Notes under the pieces: generated by a model | The model's database searches: none | Told to the model about the DNA's origin: nothing | The model's input: only the letters and a program-made list of their open reading frames with translations | Made by a program: the position numbers and the translations under genes | From: an uncultured Gammaproteobacteria bacterium | Lineage (GTDB): Bacteria > Patescibacteriota > Microgenomatia > UBA8517 | DNA: 40,198 nt | Direction: 5' to 3' | NCBI GenBank assembly: GCA_964540475.1 | Contig: CAZIMC010000002.1 | Span: 177,551 to 217,748, forward strand | In this document: positions 9,954-17,282 of the stretch, one piece after another | Position numbering within the stretch: position 1 is the first letter of the stretch | Layout of the letters: each line of letters starts with the position of its first letter

Positions 9954-10535
9954 TCATTCGTTTTCTTTAGTTTCACTACCTCCGCTTGTCTGATCAGCGC
10001 GTTGGTCAGACTGAACTACCTTTTTATTCGTTGGCGATATGACCATCATTAAATGTTTGCCTAAAAACTTAGGCTCCATATCAACGACTATTGTTTCACC
10101 CAACTCTTCAACAATCCTTTTTAGTAAATTGTATCCAAATTGCTTGCTACCCATTTGTGGTCCCCGGAAAACGACCACAAGCCGAACCTTGTCTTTATCA
10201 CTTAAAAATTCTTTAACCCTGTTAAGTCGCGTATTATAGTCATTTTGGGCAATAAAGGGAGAAAACCTGACTTCTTTCAGTTCTCCACCCTTACTTTTAG
10301 AACTCTTCTTAAGCTTTTTTTCTTCCTGGTATCTAAATTTTCCGAAATCGACTATTTTTGCAACAGGTGGCTTAGCATTTGGGGCAATTTCGACAAGTGT
10401 TAAGCCTTCCTTTTGTGCCAGGTCTAGCGCCTCTTGGCGCTTAAGTATTCCCAGCTGTTTGCCATCGGCTCCTATAACCCGGAGCTCCGGTGCTTGTATT
10501 CTAAAATCGATTTTCCAGTAAAGATTGTTTCGCAA
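9954..10535 (-). CDS. infC: translation initiation factor IF-3
   Basis: IQAPELRVIG, LVEIAPNAKPPVAKIVDFGKFRY, KEVRFSP; TTG start; candidate promoter TTGTTT-17-TAAAAT upstream. Confidence 0.96.
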   Translation of the reverse strand: MRNNLYWKIDFRIQAPELRVIGADGKQLGILKRQEALDLAQKEGLTLVEIAPNAKPPVAKIVDFGKFRYQEEKKLKKSSKSKGGELKEVRFSPFIAQNDYNTRLNRVKEFLSDKDKVRLVVVFRGPQMGSKQFGYNLLKRIVEELGETIVVDMEPKFLGKHLMMVISPTNKKVVQSDQRADQTSGGSETKENE

Positions 10536-10582
10536 CTTATCAGTTTGATTTTACCACGTGCCTAGAGCTTAAACAAGATTGA

Positions 10583-12322
10583 TTAGAGTTCAAGGGATTT
10601 TTCGCTGATTTTTGCGACCATCCTCGCTTTGAAGTTTTCAAGTGAAATTTGTCCCAAGTCTTCACTGTTTCTTAATCTCACACTTAAACCATTACTTTCC
10701 ACTTCTTTGTCGCCAACAATTATCATATATGGGACCTTTTCCATCTGAGCATCGCGGATTTTGGCGCCAAGCGTTTCGCTTCGTGCGTCAACTTCTACTC
10801 TTATATTCTCTTTCATTAATTCGCTCACAACGGAGTTTGCATATTCCAAATTCTTCTCAGAGATAGGTAGAATTTTAGCCTGAACCGGAGCAAGCCAGAC
10901 AGGAAACGCCCCAGCAAAGTGCTCGGTTATTATACCAATAAAACGTTCTAAAGACCCGTAAACTACTCTATGTATTACTACCGGGGTTTTCTCAGATCCG
11001 TCTTCTGCAGCATATTTCAGTTTGAATCGCGCAGGAATCTGAAAGTCTAGCTGCAATGTCCCCATCTGCCAGTCGCGTCCAAGTGAATCTTTCATCAAGA
11101 TGTCAATTTTTGGACCGTAAAACGCGCCATCTCCTTCTAAAACAAAATACTCTTTACCTGATTTTTTTAGTATTTCTTTCAGTTCTTTTTCAGCCTTATC
11201 CCAAAGTTTGGGGTCTCCCATGAAATCTGATGGTCTTGTACCTAACCTGAAGCTGTATTTAAGACCAAAAATAGAATAAAATTTTTCAGTTATTTCAAAC
11301 AGTTGTTCAAACTCTGGTGCTATTTGTTCTTCGGTTACAAACAAATGCGCATCATCTTGCCGGAACTCCCGGATTCTTAACAATCCATTTAAAGTACCTG
11401 ATTTTTCGAATCGATGCAGTGTGTCTGTGTCGCCCAAACGAAGGGGCAGATCTCTATATGACCTGGTTTTAGAGTCGAACACTATCATTGCGTTAGGGCA
11501 ATTCATAGGCTTTAGTGCATAAGTTTCCCCCTCCTCCGTTTCGCTAATGAACATATTTTCTTTATAATGGTCCCAGTGCCCTGAAATTTCATATAATTCC
11601 TGTTTGTTTATTAATGGAGATACAATTTCCTGATAACCATATTGTTTATGCTCCTCACGCCAGAAACCAACCAGCTCGTTGTATAAAACAACTCCTTTTG
11701 GAAGCCAATATGCCATACCTGGCGCCGTATGATGAAAAATAAAGAGTTCTAATTCTTGTCCTAACCTTTTATGATTTCTTTTTTCTGCCTCCTCTTGCAT
11801 TTTAAGATAATGGTCTAGCTCTTCCTGCGTTGGGAAAACCGTTCCGTAGATTCTAGTGAGCATTTTATTTTTCTCGCTTCCCCGCCAGTAAGCTCCTGCA
11901 ATAGACAATAATTTAAAGTGTCTTAATTCTTCTGAGGGTTTTTCTACATGTCCACCACGGCATAAGTCCCAGTAATCACCTGATTTATAAAAAGTTAACG
12001 TTTGTCCATCGCCTGAAAATTCATCTATTAATTCATGCTTAAACTCATTATCAGGATATTCCTCTTTTGCTTTCGCGGAGTCAAGCTCGTGTCTTTCAAA
12101 GCTTTTCCAGGAAGGAAGAATTTTTTGCATTTCTTTTTCAATTTTGGAAAGATCATTGTCTGAAATTTTTATATCACCAAAATCAAAGTCAAAATAAAAG
12201 CCGTTTTCGATAGCAGGCCCAATTGTGCGCTTTGTATTAGGCCACAAATTCATAACAGCAGCTGCCAAAAGGTGTGCCGCCGAGTGTCTTAGGTTAACTA
12301 GATAATCTTTATCGTTTTTCAT
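10583..12322 (-). CDS. thrS: threonine--tRNA ligase (lacks N-terminal TGS domain)
   Basis: LRHSAAHLLA, DLCRGGHV, KPMNCP, LRIREFRQDDAH, GAFYGPKID, HRVVYGSLERF. Confidence 0.98.
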   Translation of the reverse strand: MKNDKDYLVNLRHSAAHLLAAAVMNLWPNTKRTIGPAIENGFYFDFDFGDIKISDNDLSKIEKEMQKILPSWKSFERHELDSAKAKEEYPDNEFKHELIDEFSGDGQTLTFYKSGDYWDLCRGGHVEKPSEELRHFKLLSIAGAYWRGSEKNKMLTRIYGTVFPTQEELDHYLKMQEEAEKRNHKRLGQELELFIFHHTAPGMAYWLPKGVVLYNELVGFWREEHKQYGYQEIVSPLINKQELYEISGHWDHYKENMFISETEEGETYALKPMNCPNAMIVFDSKTRSYRDLPLRLGDTDTLHRFEKSGTLNGLLRIREFRQDDAHLFVTEEQIAPEFEQLFEITEKFYSIFGLKYSFRLGTRPSDFMGDPKLWDKAEKELKEILKKSGKEYFVLEGDGAFYGPKIDILMKDSLGRDWQMGTLQLDFQIPARFKLKYAAEDGSEKTPVVIHRVVYGSLERFIGIITEHFAGAFPVWLAPVQAKILPISEKNLEYANSVVSELMKENIRVEVDARSETLGAKIRDAQMEKVPYMIIVGDKEVESNGLSVRLRNSEDLGQISLENFKARMVAKISEKSLEL

Positions 12323-12328
12323 CTTTGT

Positions 12329-12475
12329 TTAAATTTTTTTCACTCTTTTATTTAATGCTGCCATGACAGATTCCACTTTGCACTTAACTGCGGCTACATA
12401 TCTAGCGCTTTTGTTAGGATCTTTGACAAAATCCTTCGCCGCCTCTGTAACTGATAATTCTCGTTCTGTTTGCAT
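12329..12475 (-). CDS. 48-aa orphan protein between the T-box leader and thrS
   Basis: MQTERELSVTEAAKDFVKDPNKSARYVAAVKCKVESVMAALNKRVKKI; GGAG 6 nt before ATG; stop 6 nt before thrS. Confidence 0.6.
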   Translation of the reverse strand: MQTERELSVTEAAKDFVKDPNKSARYVAAVKCKVESVMAALNKRVKKI

Positions 12476-12488
12476 CTTATACTCCAAC

Positions 12489-12621
12489 AAAAAAGCGCCC
12501 GATACTTGTGGGAACCCGCTACGCGGATGGTTCCATCCCACTTTCTTGGACACTTGCTTCTCTATACTTCGCAATAGACGCGTACAACTAGTAGTTGGTG
12601 AATCTACGTCGTGGCTGCAAT
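12489..12621 (-). promoter_or_regulatory. compact T-box riboswitch-like leader of the thrS operon
   Basis: Antiterminator GTGGGA-[TGGAACC bulge]-ATCCGC-GTA-GCGGGT-TCCCAC (12508-12541) has T-box geometry; overlaps imperfect terminator AGCG..CCC/GGG-CGCT-TTTTTT. Confidence 0.8.
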
Positions 12622-12627
12622 TAATTT

Positions 12628-12657
12628 ATTATACGGCTGATTTTAATGCGTTGTCAA
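12628..12657 (-). promoter_or_regulatory. sigma70-type promoter for T-box/thrS
   Basis: TTGACA (12657-12652), 18 nt, TATAAT (12633-12628). Confidence 0.85.
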
Positions 12658-12660
12658 CAA

Positions 12661-12873
12661 CTACCTGACCAGCGGAGTGCGACGAGCAAGCTGAGCTTGG
12701 GTTGCTTCTACGATGTCTGCAATCCATCCTCCTACAACTGGTAAACCACCCAACGCGTTAAGGATCCAAACAATAATTGTAGACACGATAACAAATCCAA
12801 CAGTTACTCCCGCAGCCCAACCAATGCCATTTATAAAACCCTGCTTTATCGCCTTTACAGTTTCACTAGCCAT
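12661..12873 (-). CDS. small membrane protein (DUF5665-like)
   Basis: GFINGIGWAAGVTVGFVIV..LGGLPVVGGWIADIV; family assignment from memory, unverified. Confidence 0.7.
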   Translation of the reverse strand: MASETVKAIKQGFINGIGWAAGVTVGFVIVSTIIVWILNALGGLPVVGGWIADIVEATQAQLARRTPLVR

Positions 12874-12936
12874 ATATTTATATTACTTTTTGAAAACTTT
12901 AAAGTAAAGCAACTGAAGACTTAAAGGACAAAAAGG

Positions 12937-13009
12937 TGGACTCGAGGGGAGTCGAACCCCTAACCCCCTGACTGCCAGCCAGGTGCTCTAACCATTGAGC
13001 CACGAGCCC
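12937..13009 (-). tRNA. tRNA-Ala(GGC)
   Basis: Cloverleaf; anticodon arm cctgg-CTGGCAG-tcagg; T-loop GTTCGACTC. Confidence 0.95.
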
Positions 13010-13069
13010 ATGAATCAAATTATACCATCTTTAAGTTTACATATTAATTGCCGTATACTGGTTTATACA

Positions 13070-13837
13070 ATGAACATATTGGAAGTATTAATTCTTTCTG
13101 TTGTCGAAGGTTTGACAGAATTTCTTCCAATTTCCTCTACCGGGCATTTGATCCTTACTTCCAAGCTACTTGGCATTGCTCAAACCGAGTTTTTAAAAAC
13201 ATTTGAAATTTCAATTCAGCTTGGGGCGATATGCTCGGTAGTATTTTTATACTGGAAACGAGTTCTAGAAAATAAACAAATAATTGGCAAGATATTAGTA
13301 GCCTTCATACCCACTGCAATTGTTGGTCTTCTTTTTTACCCTCTTATAAAAAACGTGTTCTTTGTTAGCACGCAAATAGTTGTTTCTGCGCTTTTTATTG
13401 GCGGTATAATTTTGATACTTTTTGAAAAATTTGTTCCCCAAAATGCAGAAAGACATACATTAAAAGAAATTCCATACAAAAACTCAATTTTAATAGGTCT
13501 TATTCAATCCATTTCGATAATTCCAGGCGTATCACGAGCGGCAGCTACAATTATTGGTGGCATGACTGCAGGGCTCGACCGAAAGTCAGCAGTTGAGTTT
13601 TCATTTCTCTTGGCAGTTCCTACCATGTTTGCTGCTACCGCTCTTGACTTAGTAAGTACAGCCGGTAATTTTACTCCTAATCAGTATGGTAACCTGGTTG
13701 TTGGGTTTATTCTCTCGTTCTTCGTGGCACTTGCTACAATCAAGTTCTTCATTAACTACGTAGAAAAAAATAATTTTCTTATATTCGGTGTTTACAGAAT
13801 TATATTAGGATTTTTGTACTGGACATTTGTAGGCTAG
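13070..13837 (+). CDS. uppP: undecaprenyl-diphosphate phosphatase (BacA/UppP)
   Basis: VEGLTEFLPISSTGHL and SIIPGVSRAAAT motifs; polytopic; start at ATG 13070. Confidence 0.95.
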   Translation: MNILEVLILSVVEGLTEFLPISSTGHLILTSKLLGIAQTEFLKTFEISIQLGAICSVVFLYWKRVLENKQIIGKILVAFIPTAIVGLLFYPLIKNVFFVSTQIVVSALFIGGIILILFEKFVPQNAERHTLKEIPYKNSILIGLIQSISIIPGVSRAAATIIGGMTAGLDRKSAVEFSFLLAVPTMFAATALDLVSTAGNFTPNQYGNLVVGFILSFFVALATIKFFINYVEKNNFLIFGVYRIILGFLYWTFVG

Positions 13838-13907
13838 TAGCTAGAATTGATTTTTGTAATTGATTCCAGGCGTCAGTTTCTTGTAGCATTATAATAGCTT
13901 GGAAAGG

Positions 13908-14834
13908 ATGTTGGTTACTTATCACCCTGCCAGACCAGATCATGTTGATACGAAGTTTTCAACCGAAGCATTTTCCTCATTTTACGGCCAGGATCCTTTT
14001 GTGACTTATGATTCGGTAAGAAGCCTCTATTACCTTTTACAATCGGTAAATCATGATACTCAAATTGCTTTGTGGGCATCTATGAGCCTTAATAATTTAG
14101 GACAGGGTACTCCGGTAAACCTGTTTACCCCCACTCTAGAGAATGCCACTTGCTCGGTTTGGGCTCCTGAAATGCACCTTGTTAACGGTGAATGGTACTT
14201 TTATTATGCTGCATGCGATGGTAGGAATTTTAATCACCGAATGTATTGTGCCAGGATCTCGGATCCACTTTCTGAAGATTGGCACGAGTTAGGAAAGATT
14301 TGTGACCCCGATGATGACTGCTGGGGCATTGATCAGACAATCTTAAGACATGCAGGTAAGCTTTACACAATCTGGTCTGGTTGGGATGATCCAAGTGCCA
14401 CAGAAGACTTTTACCCCCAAAACCTATACATTGCCGAAATGATTAACCCCTGGACTGTAAAACCTGGAACCAAGGTTGTGATATCTAAGCCGGAGTATGA
14501 ATGGGAAGGAGTTAAAGACCACCCGATTAATGAAGGCCCGCAAGTTTTACTGAATAACGGTCACACACTAGTTGTTTATTCAGCAAATGCCAGTTGGAAA
14601 GCCCAGTATACTCAAGGACTCATAAAATTAATTGGCAAAGACCCGCTTAACCCTTCCCATTGGCAAAAATTACCAGATCCGATTTTTGGATTAAATGTTG
14701 GCCACCCGAGTTTTCTTGAAGACCTGGTCTTTTATCATTACAAAAGTTTGCCCAATGTACCCGGCTGGAAGGATCGTGTCGTTGCCTGTCGGGAATTCTC
14801 GTGGACAAACGAATTACCCGTATTTACCTCATAA
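13908..14834 (+). CDS. glycoside hydrolase family 43 (arabinofuranosidase/xylosidase-like)
   Basis: QDPFV (base), VWAPEMH, WGID, INEGPQ (acid); ATG 13908 with GGAAAGG upstream. Confidence 0.85.
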   Translation: MLVTYHPARPDHVDTKFSTEAFSSFYGQDPFVTYDSVRSLYYLLQSVNHDTQIALWASMSLNNLGQGTPVNLFTPTLENATCSVWAPEMHLVNGEWYFYYAACDGRNFNHRMYCARISDPLSEDWHELGKICDPDDDCWGIDQTILRHAGKLYTIWSGWDDPSATEDFYPQNLYIAEMINPWTVKPGTKVVISKPEYEWEGVKDHPINEGPQVLLNNGHTLVVYSANASWKAQYTQGLIKLIGKDPLNPSHWQKLPDPIFGLNVGHPSFLEDLVFYHYKSLPNVPGWKDRVVACREFSWTNELPVFTS

Positions 14835-14870
14835 ATTGCTTAAACACTTAGCTCATACTACAATTCTTGT

Positions 14871-15509
14871 ATGAAAGTTTATTTAGTCAGGCATGGTCAA
14901 TCAGAAGGCAACAAAAACAATTTTCACCAAACGGAGGATACACCTTTATCCAGCGAGGGAATAAGTCAGGCCAAGTTTGTTGCCAAGCGTCTACTTACAA
15001 TACCCTTTGACGTTATATATTCTTCCCCATATGTTCGTACTAAAAAAACGGCAGAAATAATAAGTAAAATTACCAAAAGAGAAATCGAATATTGGGATAG
15101 TTTGGTGGAAGTAAAACGACCTACTGAAATTGTTAACTTGATGTACGAGGATCCGGAAAGTATAAGGATAAGGAATATTATTCGAGAAAACTACCAAGAT
15201 CCTGATTGGAAATTTTCAGATGAAGAGAGCTTTAACGATTTAGTAACCAGAGCCCAAAAAATACTGGATCATCTTTTGCAGCACCACAAAGATCAGGACG
15301 TTGTATGTGTGACACATGGAGGATTGATAAAAATGCTTGCGTGCTTGGTAATATTAGGTGAGGATATAAATCCCCAGCTTTACCTTCGATTCCGTAATCA
15401 CACCTGGGAACAAAATACAGGAATAAATGTAATCGAATATACGGACAAATACGGCTGGGCATTAAACCACTGGAATGATATCGCCCACTTAGGAGATAGG
15501 TTTACTTAG
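14871..15509 (+). CDS. histidine phosphatase family protein
   Basis: YLVRHGQS, SSPYVRTKKTA, VTHGG. Confidence 0.92.
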   Translation: MKVYLVRHGQSEGNKNNFHQTEDTPLSSEGISQAKFVAKRLLTIPFDVIYSSPYVRTKKTAEIISKITKREIEYWDSLVEVKRPTEIVNLMYEDPESIRIRNIIRENYQDPDWKFSDEESFNDLVTRAQKILDHLLQHHKDQDVVCVTHGGLIKMLACLVILGEDINPQLYLRFRNHTWEQNTGINVIEYTDKYGWALNHWNDIAHLGDRFT

Positions 15510-15515
15510 ATTAGG

Positions 15516-15587
15516 TGGAGCCAGTAGGGATCGAACCTACGACCTTCTACACGTCAAGTAGACGCTCTACCACTGAGCCATGGCTCC
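15516..15587 (-). tRNA. tRNA-Val(GAC)
   Basis: Anticodon arm tctac-TTGACGT-gtaga. Confidence 0.95.
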
Positions 15588-15640
15588 GCCTGGACAGATA
15601 AATTATACTTGATCGCTCAAGTTTTTTCCAACCTCTATAT

Positions 15641-15838
15641 TTATTTTTCAGTAGACGGTGGATCTTCTAAAACACCCTCAATTGCGCTATTTAGATCAAT
15701 TCTGTGCGCCTCTAACACTTCCTGATCAGTAAGTCCAGCAACATTTATGCCTTTTCTGTCCAAGGCCAATGCAGCTCTGACAACATCTGCTCTACCCTTC
15801 CAGGGCGATCCGCCGTTACAAGATGATTCTATACTCAT
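15641..15838 (-). CDS. 65-aa orphan protein downstream of the Phe-type attenuator
   Basis: Strong SD AAAGGAGGTGA before ATG; acidic C-terminus; no motif recognised. Confidence 0.75.
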   Translation of the reverse strand: MSIESSCNGGSPWKGRADVVRAALALDRKGINVAGLTDQEVLEAHRIDLNSAIEGVLEDPPSTEK

Positions 15839-15865
15839 AAATTAAACTCACCTCCTTTCACCAAC

Positions 15866-15889
15866 AAAAAACCCCGATTTTATCGGGGT
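15866..15889 (-). terminator. attenuator terminator
   Basis: ACCCCGAT-AAA-ATCGGGGT followed by TTTTT. Confidence 0.9.
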
Positions 15890-15934
15890 ATGTTGCTAAA
15901 ATTAATTTTTTATAAACGCAACTTTACCCCCTGT

Positions 15935-15982
15935 TTAGGAGGTAAAGTAAAATCCAAAAAGGATATTGTTAGTTGCGTTCAT
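15935..15982 (-). CDS. Phe-rich leader peptide MNATNNILFGFYFTS, apparently leaderless
   Basis: 15 codons; F-G-F-Y-F cluster; ATG 7 nt after the -10 box; part of a four-segment attenuator. Confidence 0.8.
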   Translation of the reverse strand: MNATNNILFGFYFTS

Positions 15983-15989
15983 TTTACCT

Positions 15990-16018
15990 ATTTTATTTTT
16001 ATTATATTAGCTTGTCAA
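15990..16018 (-). promoter_or_regulatory. sigma70-type promoter
   Basis: TTGACA (16018-16013), 17 nt, TAAAAT (15995-15990). Confidence 0.8.
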
Positions 16019-16200
16019 TCCACCGATTGAGGAGTGGTTTCAGTTCTAACAAACGGCTTATGATCGGTAGCGTTCCAGCTAACATTCTTATGACCAAGCA
16101 TTCTGGCTAATTCCGAACCGATTTTAACTTTATCGCTACTAGTAGCCCGTTTTGCTTTTTGTTCAGCCGTGGCTTTCCCGTTTTCAAATTTTCTATCCAT
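16015..16200 (-). CDS. 61-aa basic orphan protein
   Basis: GGGGTGA SD before ATG 16200; directly follows the Zn-ribbon ORF. Confidence 0.65.
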   Translation of the reverse strand: MDRKFENGKATAEQKAKRATSSDKVKIGSELARMLGHKNVSWNATDHKPFVRTETTPQSVD

Positions 16201-16205
16201 AATTA

Positions 16206-16427
16206 TCACCCCATTCTCTCGATTCCAGCTAGTGAATAATTGCGTCCTGGATTCCTAATTTCACCTTCAGCACCAACAGACCAACCACATCCGTTACAAT
16301 GTGTTTCTAGCACATATGTTTCACCATGATTTCCTTTAAAGGAAATTTCATATGCCGAGCTGTTATTTATTCCCTGACTTTCGCAATTAGGACAAGCTCC
16401 TACTTTTTTTGCTTTACTTCCTGCCAT
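16206..16427 (-). CDS. 73-aa putative zinc-ribbon protein
   Basis: CPNC ... HCNGCG (two CxxC pairs); first gene after the Ile-type attenuator. Confidence 0.7.
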   Translation of the reverse strand: MAGSKAKKVGACPNCESQGINNSSAYEISFKGNHGETYVLETHCNGCGWSVGAEGEIRNPGRNYSLAGIERMG

Positions 16428-16446
16428 ATTTTTGTTTTATAAAACT

Positions 16447-16472
16447 AAAAAAACCTCTCTGGTGAGAGGTTT
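16447..16472 (-). terminator. attenuator terminator
   Basis: AAACCTCTC-ACCA-GAGAGGTTT followed by TTTT. Confidence 0.9.
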
Positions 16473-16511
16473 AGAATTGTTTATTTGATTAAATTGGTTA
16501 TTCTCTCACCA

Positions 16512-16571
16512 TTAAGCGCTAACCCCAATAAAGAGGTTAATGCTAATAATGAGTGAAAGATTTCTTATCAT
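16512..16571 (-). CDS. Ile-rich leader peptide MIRNLSLIISINLFIGVSA, apparently leaderless
   Basis: 19 codons, 5 Ile + 3 Leu + 1 Val; ATG 6 nt after the -10 box; followed by antiterminator strand TGGTGAGAG. Confidence 0.8.
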   Translation of the reverse strand: MIRNLSLIISINLFIGVSA

Positions 16572-16577
16572 ATATAT

Positions 16578-16607
16578 ATTTTAGTTTCTAGCAGTTGTTT
16601 TTGTCAA
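16578..16607 (-). promoter_or_regulatory. sigma70-type promoter
   Basis: TTGACA (16607-16602), 18 nt, TAAAAT (16583-16578). Confidence 0.8.
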
Positions 16608-16620
16608 GCTGAAAGACTAA

Positions 16621-17256
16621 TTATCCAGCAGAGCGTTGGAGATAGTGATCCGGGGCAAGAAGGAAAGAGCTTCCCTTTTTCTTGTACATTGACCAGTAAT
16701 TTTTCTTTTGCGCGCGTTTGTTGGTTGCGTGAAGCCAGACTGCTGCGCTATCAATTTTCTTTCTAAAATCCTTCAAAAATTCCAATAGCTTTTCAAAGAA
16801 TATAACATGGTAGATTCCCGGATTAACTGGAGCCTGCATTGTTGCAACTTTAAGCTCATCGGAGATATTTTGAGTAGTTTTTGCTAGACTCATGACCTCC
16901 TGGGTCAAAGCCTGTAGCTGTACACGTAGCTCGTTAGCCTTTTTTTCTACAAGGACTTTTTCCTCCCGTGCAAGGTTCCTTTCAAGAGAGATTTGCGCTT
17001 TTAATTTTTTGTTTTCTTCAAGCTTGCCAGAAAAAACTTCACCCATTTCAATGGATTCACCCGGGGTGATTTCACCTGAATATTTTTTGCTGATTCTGGG
17101 TCCAAATAACTGATCGAAAAATTCCTGCGAGGTGTCTTGCAGCAGATCCTTTTTCATAGTTTTTACGCCAGTATTTCCTATATCCTTTAGAGCTTCCAGG
17201 ACACTTGCCTGCCTTCGTTGTTTTTGGCCTTTTGGTTTTTGATTTTTAGGATCCAT
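16621..17256 (-). CDS. conserved hypothetical coiled-coil protein (DUF5660-like)
   Basis: 211 aa, central coiled coil, PVNPGIYHVIFFEKL; family name from memory, unverified. Confidence 0.75.
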   Translation of the reverse strand: MDPKNQKPKGQKQRRQASVLEALKDIGNTGVKTMKKDLLQDTSQEFFDQLFGPRISKKYSGEITPGESIEMGEVFSGKLEENKKLKAQISLERNLAREEKVLVEKKANELRVQLQALTQEVMSLAKTTQNISDELKVATMQAPVNPGIYHVIFFEKLLEFLKDFRKKIDSAAVWLHATNKRAQKKNYWSMYKKKGSSFLLAPDHYLQRSAG

Positions 17257-17282
17257 TATAGAGGCTTACTTAAGCAAGAATA

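Noticed and set aside
12476-12668. 81-aa version of the ORF before thrS and the antisense ORF 12363..12668
   Set aside because: The extension runs through the T-box RNA; the SD-supported start is 12475
12995-13069. N-terminal extension of uppP in the track (start 12995)
   Set aside because: Overlaps tRNA-Ala; the family N-terminus begins at MNILEV (13070)
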